DNA from: an uncultured Lachnospiraceae bacterium
GTDB lineage: Bacteria; Bacillota; Clostridia; Lachnospirales; Lachnospiraceae
Direction: 5' to 3'
Length of the DNA stretch: 64,000 bases
NCBI GenBank assembly: GCA_947629565.1
Contig: CANREG010000004.1
Span: 7,917 to 71,916, forward strand
Positions within the stretch are counted from its first letter, which is position 1; each line of letters starts with the position of its first letter. Under the pieces are notes generated by a model. The model searched no databases and had not been told where the DNA came from. It saw nothing but the letters and a program-made list of their open reading frames with translations. Of the stretch, positions 1 to 10,037 are shown one piece after another. The position numbers and the translations under genes are program-made.

Positions 1-285
1 AAAGAGCTGGTTGCAGACGGGGATTTTATGAAGGAATTTGTCTATTATCTGGATAACCATACCTTCTTGGACGAGTTAAAATGCGAGGGCTACGGGCTGA
101 CGGATTTGTATGTGTGGATGTTAGAGCGGTATAACCTGATGCAGGATTACGGGAAAAACGGACCTGACTGCGACAAGGAGGGGCTGGTGTTAGATACCTT
201 TCATCTGATGGCAGAAATGCGGAAGAATCCGGAGGCATACATAAAGTGGTTGGAGGGCGGCTTTGGAATGGATAAGAGATTGTAG
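1..285 (+). CDS. hypothetical protein, probably the 3' end of a gene that starts before the window
   Basis: The frame is open from nt 1 (KELVADGDF precedes the ATG at 28) to TAG 283-285. No motif recognised. Confidence 0.35.
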   Translation, partial: KELVADGDFMKEFVYYLDNHTFLDELKCEGYGLTDLYVWMLERYNLMQDYGKNGPDCDKEGLVLDTFHLMAEMRKNPEAYIKWLEGGFGMDKRL

Positions 286-303
286 GGGAGTGGATCACTC
301 CCC
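285..303. terminator. short GC hairpin shared by two convergent genes
   Basis: GGGGAGTG-GAT-CACTCCCC, an 8-bp stem, overlaps both stop codons (TAG 283-285 on +, TGA 295-297 on -). It is followed by TATTTGTTTT on the + strand. Confidence 0.4.
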
Positions 304-1032
304 TATTTGTTTTCTGGAATAAAGCCGGTAAGACAGCAGGCCGGATAAGACATAAATGATAATCATTGCTATTCCGGCGCCCCATTTAATCTGCCGGGAG
401 AGGGCAGAGTCCTTTGCCAATAATTTCAGTATTGCGTCGGGATTGTTAAATTTATTCATAAGCCCGTTTACATTGCCGAATAAAATAAATATCAGTATGG
501 CAAAGACGGCAATCATCAATAATATGATTCGGATACTGCTGCCTGTCTGAATCCCAAAATAAAAGTAAAAAGGAAGTTCTATTGCGGCGATGATTAAGAA
601 CAGGCTGGTTACAGCCGGAAGCCAGGATATAATTTGCGTCGCCGGGTCTTCTAATATCTCTTTCCAGATAAAATGATTTCCCATAAAAAAGAGAAAGGAA
701 GACAGCACCAAAAGGGTAAAAAATATGCTGAAAATCAATAGGTATTTTGTGGCAACATATCTGCCCCTGCTTACAGGGAGCCCGCGCATATAGGCTTCTA
801 TGCGGGGGCTGAAATCGGTTCCGGCAACGGCTGTGACGACAATTCCCAAAATCAGAAGATATATGGTTAGTGTCTCCATGCAAAAAAGGAGAAATAATAA
901 AACCTCTCTGTCCTCCTGGGCCTCAAAGACGATTAGTATAAGTATAACCGGCACGCAGATACCGGCTGCAATTCCCAACAGCAGTTGAGGGATTCTGGAG
1001 CATATCATATCTTTATAAAATAATCCTTTCAT
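295..1032 (-). CDS. ABC-2 type transporter permease (multi-pass membrane protein)
   Basis: 245 aa with about 6 hydrophobic helices. Its start overlaps the stop of the upstream permease by 4 nt (1029-1032), in an operon with an ABC ATPase and a GntR regulator. Confidence 0.6.
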   Translation of the reverse strand: MKGLFYKDMICSRIPQLLLGIAAGICVPVILILIVFEAQEDREVLLFLLFCMETLTIYLLILGIVVTAVAGTDFSPRIEAYMRGLPVSRGRYVATKYLLIFSIFFTLLVLSSFLFFMGNHFIWKEILEDPATQIISWLPAVTSLFLIIAAIELPFYFYFGIQTGSSIRIILLMIAVFAILIFILFGNVNGLMNKFNNPDAILKLLAKDSALSRQIKWGAGIAMIIIYVLSGLLSYRLYSRKQIGE

Positions 1033-1784
1033 GGGTTACCCTCCTTTTTCTTATAAATCAGACATGAGAAAAAATAAGATGCTAGTGTGGATATAAGGCA
1101 TAAGATATAAAAAGCCGTCTGCCGGGTGGATATCTGGCGGGCCAGTTTCATGCCCGTTTTGATAATCTGTTCCGCTGCCGCCGCATTTGTCATGATATAG
1201 ATAGAAAAAAATGCGTAAAAAATGACCAGAGGCAGGCAGAGAAGAATTTCTATTCTTTTTGGGCCAAAATAATAGTACAAGGGCAGCTCCGCCAGATTAT
1301 ATATTAGCAAAACACAGAATATATTAAAAATCTGCAGGCAGGTTTTTCCAAAAGGGAACGCATCTGTTGCCAGGGATACAAAAAATTCTGCGGCAAAAGC
1401 TCCTGTAAGGCATATTCCTGCCAGAATAAGAAAGGACAGATATCTGGCTCCCACAATCTGTGCGGCAGTAACCGGAAGACTTGTCTGTACCTTGTAAAAG
1501 CCCGCCTTCGTATCTTCAATAAAGCCATTATTTATCATGAAAAGACATCCTGTCGGCAAAATCAGCAGCAACAGGATTCCAACCCGGAAGGATGCAAAAA
1601 ACTGTTCTTCCCCTTGGGGTTCTGCCTTCAATTTCACAAGTATATCTGCAATATTTCCATAGCGGGAGCTTAACACAAATAAAATACTAAGAAGGATGAC
1701 GCCGACAGTTACCGTAAGGCATGTCAGCAGATTTCTTTTTAAAATGTACAAATCCTTTAGCATTAACCCTTTCATTTCCTTCAC
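1029..1784 (-). CDS. ABC-2 type transporter permease
   Basis: 251-aa polytopic membrane protein located 9 nt downstream of the ABC ATPase gene. Confidence 0.6.
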   Translation of the reverse strand: MKEMKGLMLKDLYILKRNLLTCLTVTVGVILLSILFVLSSRYGNIADILVKLKAEPQGEEQFFASFRVGILLLLILPTGCLFMINNGFIEDTKAGFYKVQTSLPVTAAQIVGARYLSFLILAGICLTGAFAAEFFVSLATDAFPFGKTCLQIFNIFCVLLIYNLAELPLYYYFGPKRIEILLCLPLVIFYAFFSIYIMTNAAAAEQIIKTGMKLARQISTRQTAFYILCLISTLASYFFSCLIYKKKEGNP

Positions 1785-1793
1785 CTTCTTTCC

Positions 1794-2645
1794 CTATGCC
1801 GTTACATAAAACAGCATAATCTCCTCAAGGGTTGGAGAATCCATAAGCAAATCAGGGTATTTCTGATGACATTCGCTGCGGTTTTTCACTAAAATCTCCG
1901 CTCCATAGGTTGATTTTTTCACTGCGATAATATCTGCTTTATCCACTCTGTCCAAATCTGCCTTCTTTACCTTTAATAAGCCATGCTGCTCCAAAATCTT
2001 GTCCTTGTTGTCAGACAAAAGAATCCGCCCCTTATCAATAAAGGTTATCTCATCTGCAATCCGTTCTAAGTCACTGATGATATGGGAGGACAAAAAAACA
2101 GTGTGGTTTTCCTCCTCCATAAATGTCTGAAAAATATTCAGCATTTCATTTCGCACAATAGGGTCGAGGCCGCTGGTGGGTTCATCTAAAATCAGCAAAT
2201 CTGCCTTGTGGGACAGGGCAACGGCAATCTGCAGCTTCATTCGCATTCCCCTGGAAAATTTGCCGCATTTTTTTCTGGCGGGCAGTCCGAATCTCTCTAA
2301 ATACTGAAAAAAGACATCTTCCTGCCAGTTGTGGTAGACATTCTTCATCATTCGGTTTAACTGAAAAGGCGTCATGCTGTCATGGTAGCCCATCTCGTCA
2401 AATACTATGCCAATCCTCTCTTTGATTTCCGTCTCTTTTTCCCGGTAATCCATACCAAAAATGCGAATGCTGCCGGAATCTGTGTTAATGATGTTTAACA
2501 GGGAATAAATGGTGGTGGTTTTTCCGGCGCCGTTTTGCCCGATAAAACCGGTTATGCTTCCGGCGGGCACGCATAGGCTGACATTGTCTAAAGAAAAACC
2601 GTCATAGCTTTTGCATAGATTCTCAATTTCAATTACATTTTCCAT
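1794..2645 (-). CDS. ABC transporter ATP-binding protein
   Basis: Walker A GQNGAGKTT, ABC signature FSRGMRMKL and Walker B LLILDEP. Confidence 0.92.
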   Translation of the reverse strand: MENVIEIENLCKSYDGFSLDNVSLCVPAGSITGFIGQNGAGKTTTIYSLLNIINTDSGSIRIFGMDYREKETEIKERIGIVFDEMGYHDSMTPFQLNRMMKNVYHNWQEDVFFQYLERFGLPARKKCGKFSRGMRMKLQIAVALSHKADLLILDEPTSGLDPIVRNEMLNIFQTFMEEENHTVFLSSHIISDLERIADEITFIDKGRILLSDNKDKILEQHGLLKVKKADLDRVDKADIIAVKKSTYGAEILVKNRSECHQKYPDLLMDSPTLEEIMLFYVTA

Positions 2646-2656
2646 AAGTTATCTCC

Positions 2657-3037
2657 TTACTGTTCTCTTTGCTGGTGGATTAGAGTTAAGGTTTCTGTCA
2701 GTTCTTCTAAGGAAAGTCCTGCCATGGCCGCTTTGTCGCAGGTCTCCTCTAAGAGTGCTTGTATCTGGCAGTAAAGTTCTTCTCTTAACAGGTTGGAATT
2801 TGCCTCCCGCACAAAGCTTCCCCTTCCCGTAAAGGATTCGATAAACCCGTCTCTTTCCAATTCTTCATAGGCCCGTTTAGTGGTGATGATACTGATGCGC
2901 AGATCTTTGGCAAGACTTCGCATAGAAGGCAGGGCGTCCCCTTCCTTTAAAACACCGTTCAGTATCATTTCTTTAATCTGTGTCGTAATTTGTTCATAAA
3001 TCGGACTGGTGCTGTTGTTGCTGATAATAATGTCCAT
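2657..3037 (-). CDS. GntR-family (YtrA-like) transcriptional regulator
   Basis: 126 aa. N-terminal PIYEQITTQIKEMILNGVLKEGDALPSMRSLAKDLRISIITTKRAYEELE is a typical GntR winged HTH. The short C-terminus and adjacent ABC genes are typical of the YtrA subfamily. Confidence 0.85.
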   Translation of the reverse strand: MDIIISNNSTSPIYEQITTQIKEMILNGVLKEGDALPSMRSLAKDLRISIITTKRAYEELERDGFIESFTGRGSFVREANSNLLREELYCQIQALLEETCDKAAMAGLSLEELTETLTLIHQQREQ

Positions 3038-3225
3038 TTTTTCCTCCTATTTGTGCACAATGGAATAAATGTATATTGTATATATATCATATAAACAATT
3101 ATGTGTCAAGTGCCTGCGGGAAAAATATATTTGTTAAATTTCTTAAGATGTGCTATAGTATAAAATAATTCAACGCTTTTAAGCGTTAAAGTAACAACCA
3201 ATATAAGAAAAAGAGGAGAGTTATC

Positions 3226-4200
3226 ATGAAAGAGATATCGCATTTAATGGGTTACCGGCAATCTGTAAAGGTAGTGGACGCCACGCTGCGGGATGGCGGT
3301 CTGGTGAATGATTTTTATTTTACGGACGAGTTTGTAAAGGAATTATACAATACCAACATCAAGGCCGGCGTGGATTATATGGAAATGGGCTATAAGGCGG
3401 ATAAGGCCATGTTTGACGAGAGTAAATTTGGGAAATGGAAGTTCTGTAAGGACGAGGATATCCGGGAAATCGTCGGAGATAATAATACGAGTCTGAAGCT
3501 GGCGGTTATGGCTGATGTTGGCCGCTGCAACTACAAGGAGGACATTATCCCCAAGGCGGAAAGCCCGATTGACCTGATTCGGGTGGCAACCTATTTGAAT
3601 ACCATTCCGGCAGCGGTGGATATGATTGAAGACGCGGCGGGTAAGGGCTATGAGGTGACCTGTAATATTATGGCAATTTCCAACGCCCAGGAGGGGGACC
3701 TGCGGACGGCGTTAGACATATTAGGGCAGTCGCCGGTAAATGTATTTTACATTGTGGACAGCTTCGGCGCGCTGTACCCGGAGCAGCTTGCCAGACTGGC
3801 GGATGTATATCTGGAATTTGCGGCCAAGTATGGAAAAAAGGTGGGTATGCACGCCCACAACAATCAACAGCTTGCATTTGCCAATACCATTGAGGCGGTA
3901 GGCGACGGCGTAGACTGGTTAGACGGAACCTACTCCGCTATGGGGCGTGGAGCCGGTAACTGTGCCATGGAGCTTTTGCTGGGCTTTTTGAAGAATCCAA
4001 AGTACAATGTATATCCAGCAATCCAGTTTATTGAGAAATATATGGTGCCCTTAAAGGAGCAGGGTGTTGTGTGGGGCTATGACCTTCAGTATTTGATGAC
4101 CGGATTGTTAAACCAGCACCCGAGAAGTGCCATTGCCTTTACGAAGGATAACCGGAAGGATTATGCGGAGTTTTACAAGGAAGTGGTGGCGCAGGATTAA
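3226..4200 (+). CDS. HMGL-like / pyruvate carboxyltransferase-fold aldolase family protein
   Basis: N-terminal VVDATLRDGG motif typical of the DRE-TIM metallolyase (HMGL-like) family. RBS GAGGAGAG sits 7 nt upstream. Confidence 0.6.
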   Translation: MKEISHLMGYRQSVKVVDATLRDGGLVNDFYFTDEFVKELYNTNIKAGVDYMEMGYKADKAMFDESKFGKWKFCKDEDIREIVGDNNTSLKLAVMADVGRCNYKEDIIPKAESPIDLIRVATYLNTIPAAVDMIEDAAGKGYEVTCNIMAISNAQEGDLRTALDILGQSPVNVFYIVDSFGALYPEQLARLADVYLEFAAKYGKKVGMHAHNNQQLAFANTIEAVGDGVDWLDGTYSAMGRGAGNCAMELLLGFLKNPKYNVYPAIQFIEKYMVPLKEQGVVWGYDLQYLMTGLLNQHPRSAIAFTKDNRKDYAEFYKEVVAQD

Positions 4201-4361
4201 GGGAAAGGGCGCTGTTGTGCATTGGCTTGGAAGGAAACTTCACATTTTGTTAAGGAGCATACATAATATTGATTTCATCGGGGTAATATGTTAATATAAT
4301 TTATACAAAATAAGAGTTATATTCCTGTTTTGTATAATCATTAATTGCCGGGGAAAAGATT

Positions 4362-5579
4362 ATGTATATTAAGCGTGGAATTGAAGGGCAAATTGAATAT
4401 ATGGCGCAGCATTTTCCTGTGGTTATTCTCTGCGGCGCAAGACAGGTGGGGAAAACTACGGTATTGCGGAAAATGAGTGAGAAATTAGGAACGGATATTC
4501 AATATGTGACCTTGGATTATCCTAATATCCGTATGCTCGCCAAAGAGGACCCGGAGTTGTTTTTGCAGCAATATAAGACGCCGCTTATCATTGATGAGAT
4601 TCAATATGCGCCGGAGCTGCTTCCCTATATTAAAATCAGAGTGGACCGGGAACCGGTTTTGGGACAGTATTTTTTAACCGGCTCCCAGACATTTTCCTTG
4701 ATGCAGAATGTGGGTGAGTCTTTAGCGGGGCGGGCGGGAATATTATCTCTATATTCCTTAAGCAGGGCAGAGATTGAAGGAAGAGAAACGGTTCCTTTTC
4801 TGCCGGAAAATGTGAAAGCCAAAGAGTATCCGCATACGGTTTCTGATATTTTTGAGAAAATATATGGAGGCAGTATGCCAAAACGGGTTACGGATGAAGC
4901 GTTAAGCCCGGAGAATTTTTATGGTTCTTATATGCAAACTTATCTGGAACGGGATGTCCGCGCTCTGATTGCAGTCAAGGATGAGATAAAATTTACGAAA
5001 TTTATTTCCTGTCTTGCAGCGAGAACGGGACAGGAACTGGTGCTAAGTGATATTGCAAGAGATGTAGGGATTGACGGGAAAACGGCGGAGGGCTGGCTGT
5101 CGGTTTTGGTATCCTCCGGATTAGTCTATCTGTTGCAGCCCTATTTTCATAACACGATTAAAAGAATTGTAAAAAGGCCCAAACTTTATTTTATGGATAC
5201 AGGATTGGCTTGTTATCTGAGCTTGTGGAACAATCCCAGGGCTTTGGAATTGTCGGCTATGGCCGGGGCAATGTTTGAAACCTATGTGATATCGGAAATC
5301 ATAAAAAGCTATGCCTGTAACGGGCTGGATACAAAAAGCCGTCTATGTTATTATCGGGATAATAACGGAAAAGAGATTGACCTGATTATTGTAGAAAACG
5401 GCAGGCTGCACCCCATTGAAATTAAAAAAACAGCCGTAGTGGGTAAGGAGGCTTTGAAGAATTTTTCTGTTTTGAGTTCTTTCGGTATGGAAGTTGCCCA
5501 GGGCGGAGTGGTGTGTATGTCGCCGGTTGCGGTTCCGTTAGATTCCATGAATAAGGCAATACCTTTAGGGTGTATATAA
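4362..5579 (+). CDS. AAA+ ATPase of the AAA_14/DUF4143 type with a PD-(D/E)xK-like C-terminus
   Basis: Walker A GARQVGKTT and Walker B-like LIIDEIQ. C-terminal GKEIDLIIVENGRLHPIEIKKT resembles an ExD...ExK nuclease-fold motif. Confidence 0.75.
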   Translation: MYIKRGIEGQIEYMAQHFPVVILCGARQVGKTTVLRKMSEKLGTDIQYVTLDYPNIRMLAKEDPELFLQQYKTPLIIDEIQYAPELLPYIKIRVDREPVLGQYFLTGSQTFSLMQNVGESLAGRAGILSLYSLSRAEIEGRETVPFLPENVKAKEYPHTVSDIFEKIYGGSMPKRVTDEALSPENFYGSYMQTYLERDVRALIAVKDEIKFTKFISCLAARTGQELVLSDIARDVGIDGKTAEGWLSVLVSSGLVYLLQPYFHNTIKRIVKRPKLYFMDTGLACYLSLWNNPRALELSAMAGAMFETYVISEIIKSYACNGLDTKSRLCYYRDNNGKEIDLIIVENGRLHPIEIKKTAVVGKEALKNFSVLSSFGMEVAQGGVVCMSPVAVPLDSMNKAIPLGCI

Positions 5580-5612
5580 TGCAGTCTCTAAAATAAGGTG
5601 AGGTAATAAGAA

Positions 5613-6038
5613 ATGCTATCAACAAAAGAATTAGAACAATATATTAAAAATGAAATATCTTGTAAATTGAAAGATGTTAGCTGGGATAAAATAAATTTTA
5701 AAGAAGGAAATGAAAATAGTCCTGAGGGCACATACATTTTTTCAAAAAATGATAAATATCATATTATTTTTGCTGAAAAGGGAAAAATAAGAGAGGATAA
5801 GATTACATCAGAAATAAAAGAAGTTCTCTGGAATGTATTGGATATTATTTCTTTTGATATGGCAATGGAATATGCTATACATAATAGAGTAGAAAATAAA
5901 GATTTTAGACATGCTCTCTTTGAAAAAGAAATTAAAATATATTCTTTATTTGGGGAAGAGTTTGAACAAAAAAAGTGTTTAGAAATAGCAGAAATTTTGG
6001 AGAAAAATCCATACAATGATAGTATAATTGGCTTATAG
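5613..6038 (+). CDS. hypothetical protein (AT-rich orphan)
   Basis: 141 aa, RBS AGGTGAGG upstream, 33 nt after the ATPase gene. Strongly A/T-rich, Lys/Glu/Ile/Asn-rich composition compared with its neighbours. No motif recognised. Confidence 0.5.
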   Translation: MLSTKELEQYIKNEISCKLKDVSWDKINFKEGNENSPEGTYIFSKNDKYHIIFAEKGKIREDKITSEIKEVLWNVLDIISFDMAMEYAIHNRVENKDFRHALFEKEIKIYSLFGEEFEQKKCLEIAEILEKNPYNDSIIGL

Positions 6039-6074
6039 TAGTCAAAGTAATTTTGTAAAAGAGAGGTTTTTTGT

Positions 6075-8072
6075 ATGCCAGAGTTTAAATTACAAGCCCC
6101 CTTCCAGCCTACCGGCGACCAGCCGCAGGCAATCGAGGCTTTAGTTAAAGGCTTTAAAGAGGGCAATCAATTTCAGACGCTTCTTGGTGTTACCGGTTCC
6201 GGCAAGACCTTCACCATGGCCAATGTAATCCAGGCATTGCAGAAGCCAACGCTGGTGATTGCCCACAATAAGACCTTGGCAGCCCAGTTATACAGTGAAT
6301 TTAAAGAGATGTTTCCGGAAAATGCAGTGGAGTATTTTGTGTCTTACTATGATTATTACCAGCCGGAGGCCTATGTTCCTTCTACGGACACTTATATCGA
6401 GAAGGATTCCTCCATTAATGACGAGATAGATAAGCTAAGACATTCTGCGACGGCGGCGTTAATTGAGCGGAAGGATGTTATCGTTATTTCTTCGGTTTCC
6501 TGCATTTACGGCATTGGTTCGCCGGATGACTATGCGGAGATGATGTTAGCGCTTCGGACAGGCATGACCTATGAGTGGGATAAGCTGATATCCGACCTGA
6601 TAGATATTCAGTATGAACGCAATGAAATGGATTTTAAGCGGGGAACCTTCCGGGTGCATGGCGATGTGTTGGAGATTCTTCCCGTATCCACCTTTGAGGA
6701 CGCTATCCGCATTGAATTTTTTGGAGATGAGATAGACCGCATGGTGGAGTTTGACCCGCTGACCGGAGAGGTGAAAAGGGGAATTAACTGCGCCTTTATT
6801 TTTCCGGCTTCCCATTATGTGGTGGCCCAGGATAAGATTGAACGGGCAATAGAGGAGATTGAGGCAGAGCTGGAGGAGCGCATTGCCTATTTCAAGGAAA
6901 ATGACAAGCTGTTAGAGGCCCAGCGTATCAGTGAGCGGACGCATTTTGATATGGAAATGCTTCGGGAGACGGGATTTTGCTCCGGCATTGAGAATTATTC
7001 AAGACCGCTGGCCGGGTTAAAGCCGGGTGCGACGCCCAATACCCTGCTGGAATTTTTTAAGGATGATTTTTTGATGATTATTGACGAGTCCCATATGACG
7101 GTTCCCCAGATTCGGGGTATGTATGCCGGAGACCGTTCCAGAAAGCAGACTCTGGTAGATTTCGGGTTCCGTCTGCCCTCTGCTATGGACAACCGTCCCC
7201 TGCGGTTTGATGAGTTTGAGGAAAAGTTGGACCAGGTTTTGTTTGTGTCTGCTACTCCTTCGGATTATGAGGCGGAGCATGAACTTTTGCGGGCGGAACA
7301 GCTTATCCGTCCGACGGGACTTCTCGACCCGGTGATTGAAGTAAAGCCTGTGGAGGGACAAGTGGACGATTTGTTATCGGAAGTGAATAAGGAAGTGGAG
7401 AAGGGACATAAGGTGTTAGTTACCACGCTGACAAAGCGGATGGCCGAGGATTTGACGGACTATCTGCGGGAGCAGGGGGTAAAGGTCAAATATCTCCATT
7501 CCGATATTGATACCTTAGAGCGGATTGAGATTGTGAGAGACTTGCGGATGGGCGTCTTTGATGTGCTGGTGGGAATTAACCTGCTGCGGGAGGGACTGGA
7601 CATTCCGGAGATTACGCTGGTTGCCATTTTAGATGCGGACAAGGAGGGATTTCTCCGTTCCGAGACTTCGCTGGTGCAGACGGTAGGCCGGGCGGCGCGG
7701 AACAGCGAGGGCCGGGTGATTATGTATGCGGATGAGATTACCCAGTCCATGCGGGTGGCTATAGACGAGACCAACCGCCGGCGGGAGATTCAGGACGCTT
7801 ATAACAAGGAGCATGGCATTACGCCGACAACGATTCAGAAGTCTGTTAGGGATTTGATTACTACGGCAACCGACGAGGATGTGGACGCATTGAACGCCAG
7901 ATACAAGGAAAAAGATGTGGAATCCATGTCCCGAAAAGAGCTTAAGGAAGAAATCAAGAAATATACGAAGAAAATGGAGACTGCGGCGGCGGAGCTTAAC
8001 TTTGAGATGGCGGCGGAATACCGCGACAGGTTGAAGGAGTTAAAGATTGCCCTGCGGGATTATGACGAATAA
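6075..8072 (+). CDS. uvrB: excinuclease ABC subunit B
   Basis: Walker [14 protein letters not shown] box (IIDESHMT), helicase motifs and a C-terminal UVR domain ([18 protein letters not shown]). Confidence 0.97.
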   Translation: MPEFKLQAPFQPTGDQPQAIEALVKGFKEGNQFQTLLGVTGSGKTFTMANVIQALQKPTLVIAHNKTLAAQLYSEFKEMFPENAVEYFVSYYDYYQPEAYVPSTDTYIEKDSSINDEIDKLRHSATAALIERKDVIVISSVSCIYGIGSPDDYAEMMLALRTGMTYEWDKLISDLIDIQYERNEMDFKRGTFRVHGDVLEILPVSTFEDAIRIEFFGDEIDRMVEFDPLTGEVKRGINCAFIFPASHYVVAQDKIERAIEEIEAELEERIAYFKENDKLLEAQRISERTHFDMEMLRETGFCSGIENYSRPLAGLKPGATPNTLLEFFKDDFLMIIDESHMTVPQIRGMYAGDRSRKQTLVDFGFRLPSAMDNRPLRFDEFEEKLDQVLFVSATPSDYEAEHELLRAEQLIRPTGLLDPVIEVKPVEGQVDDLLSEVNKEVEKGHKVLVTTLTKRMAEDLTDYLREQGVKVKYLHSDIDTLERIEIVRDLRMGVFDVLVGINLLREGLDIPEITLVAILDADKEGFLRSETSLVQTVGRAARNSEGRVIMYADEITQSMRVAIDETNRRREIQDAYNKEHGITPTTIQKSVRDLITTATDEDVDALNARYKEKDVESMSRKELKEEIKKYTKKMETAAAELNFEMAAEYRDRLKELKIALRDYDE

Positions 8073-8171
8073 TTGGCAATCATATGCGCCCTTAAGGTAT
8101 GGCGGGGGTGCAGCGGGGAATGTCGGCTAAGTACGTCTTTGTAGACAACGGGTAACGGGAGTATAGGAAAA

Positions 8172-9929
8172 ATGGGAGAAGAATATAAAACAAAGGATTT
8201 AATTAAGAGATTTTTGCCATATTACCGGGAGCATATAGGAACGGTGGCGTTAGACTTGTTTTGCGCTGCGCTTACGACCATATGCGAGCTGGTGCTGCCG
8301 CTTATCATGCGCTACATTACCAATCAGGGAATGGAAAATTTGGCGGCCCTTACAGTAAAGACCATTTTGATGTTAGGCTTGCTGTATCTGGGCTTGCGGA
8401 TTATTGACAGCGTCGCCAATTACTATATGGCGGATGTAGGACATGTTATGGGCGCGAGGATTGAGACGAGGATGCGGCAGGACGCCTACACGCATTTGCA
8501 GCAGTTATCCAACACCTACTACAACAATACAAAAGTAGGGCAGATTATGGGGCGTATCACCAATGATTTGTTTGATGTGACGGAATTTGCCCACCACTGT
8601 CCCGAGGAGTTTTTTATTGCGGCTATTAAGACGCTGGCAGGCTTTGTTATTTTATCTGCGGTTAATTTCTGGCTTACGCTGATTATTTTTCTGATTGTGC
8701 CGGTTATGTTTTTTACCTGCATGACTTTGAACCGGAAAATGAAGACGGCATTTTCCAAACAGCGATATCAAATTGGGGAGCTGAACGCCCGCATTGAGGA
8801 CAGCCTTTTGGGGCAGAAGGTGGTAAAGGCTTTTACCAATGAGGATATGGAAAATGAAAAGTTTGCCGCAGACAACCAGCGTTTCTTTGAGATTAAAAAA
8901 GAGACATACAAATATATGGCGGCATTTCAGACTACCACCAGAATGTTTGACGGCGTCATGTATCTTGCGGTCATTATAGCAGGCGGCATTTTTATGGTAA
9001 AGGGACTGGTGCAGCCGGGGGATTTAGTGGCTTATATGCTGTATGTCACCACCCTGATTGCCACCATACGGCGGATTATTGAGTTTGCGGAGCAGTTTCA
9101 GCGGGGCATGACCGGTATTGAGCGTTTTTTGCAGATTATGGATGCGGACATAGATATTTTTGACGAGGAAGGGGCAGTGCCGCTTACGGAGGTGTCCGGT
9201 AATATTGAATTTGATAATGTGAGTTTTGAATATCCGGATGACCACAATCTGGTATTTTCCAATCTGAACCTGTTCATTAAAGCAGGGGAGCGGGTGGCTA
9301 TTGTGGGGCCCTCCGGAGGAGGCAAGACAACGCTGTGCAACTTGATTCCCAGATTTTTTGACATTGACTCCGGCTGTATCCGCTTAGACGGGAAGGATAT
9401 CAGAAGTTATACGCTGAAAAGTTTAAGGCAGCAGATTGGCATTGTCCAGCAGGATGTGTATCTGTTTTCCGGTACGGTGTACGATAACATTTTGTACGGC
9501 AGACCGGAGGCTTCGCGGGAGGAAGTGGAGGAGGCCGCCCGGCTGGCTGGGGCAGACGGATTTATCCGGGAGCTTAAGGACGGCTATGACACCTATATCG
9601 GAGAGCGGGGCGTGAAGCTTTCCGGCGGGCAGAAGCAGCGGTTAAGCATTGCCAGGGTGTTCTTAAAAAATCCGCCCATTTTAATATTGGACGAGGCAAC
9701 CTCCGCGCTGGATAACGAGAGTGAATTTGCAGTCGCCCAATCTTTAGCAAAGCTGTCCGCCGGGAGAACCACCCTTACCATTGCCCACAGGCTGTCCAGT
9801 ATCCGGAACTCTGACCGGATTCTGGTGCTGACTGAGGACGGTATTGTGGAGGAGGGAAACCATGATACGCTGATGGAGAAAAAAGGAATGTATTATCAGT
9901 TTTATACGATGGCGGATAAGTGGCAGTAG
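8172..9929 (+). CDS. ABC exporter, fused permease/ATPase (MsbA/MdlB-like)
   Basis: N-terminal 6-TM domain, Walker A GPSGGGKTT, signature LSGGQKQR and Walker B ILILDEATSALD. Confidence 0.9.
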   Translation: MGEEYKTKDLIKRFLPYYREHIGTVALDLFCAALTTICELVLPLIMRYITNQGMENLAALTVKTILMLGLLYLGLRIIDSVANYYMADVGHVMGARIETRMRQDAYTHLQQLSNTYYNNTKVGQIMGRITNDLFDVTEFAHHCPEEFFIAAIKTLAGFVILSAVNFWLTLIIFLIVPVMFFTCMTLNRKMKTAFSKQRYQIGELNARIEDSLLGQKVVKAFTNEDMENEKFAADNQRFFEIKKETYKYMAAFQTTTRMFDGVMYLAVIIAGGIFMVKGLVQPGDLVAYMLYVTTLIATIRRIIEFAEQFQRGMTGIERFLQIMDADIDIFDEEGAVPLTEVSGNIEFDNVSFEYPDDHNLVFSNLNLFIKAGERVAIVGPSGGGKTTLCNLIPRFFDIDSGCIRLDGKDIRSYTLKSLRQQIGIVQQDVYLFSGTVYDNILYGRPEASREEVEEAARLAGADGFIRELKDGYDTYIGERGVKLSGGQKQRLSIARVFLKNPPILILDEATSALDNESEFAVAQSLAKLSAGRTTLTIAHRLSSIRNSDRILVLTEDGIVEEGNHDTLMEKKGMYYQFYTMADKWQ

Positions 9930-10037
9930 GGAGATTGAAAATTTTAATATAATATTCTGTACTTTTTTATGATTCTTTGTTATACTATACCCGATATGAA
10001 CAAATGTTTGGATATCGTCAACAGAAAGGACAAACCC

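Noticed and set aside
9969-10037. N-terminal extensions given by the longest-ORF rule for uvrA (9969), fapA (16406), the membrane protein (17871), pyrB (18385), the atypical regulator (21309), the PRTase-like gene (54244) and ywmB-like (51926).
   Set aside because: In each case an internal start has a proper Shine-Dalgarno sequence and gives the family-typical N-terminus. The extensions overlap upstream genes, promoters or terminators.
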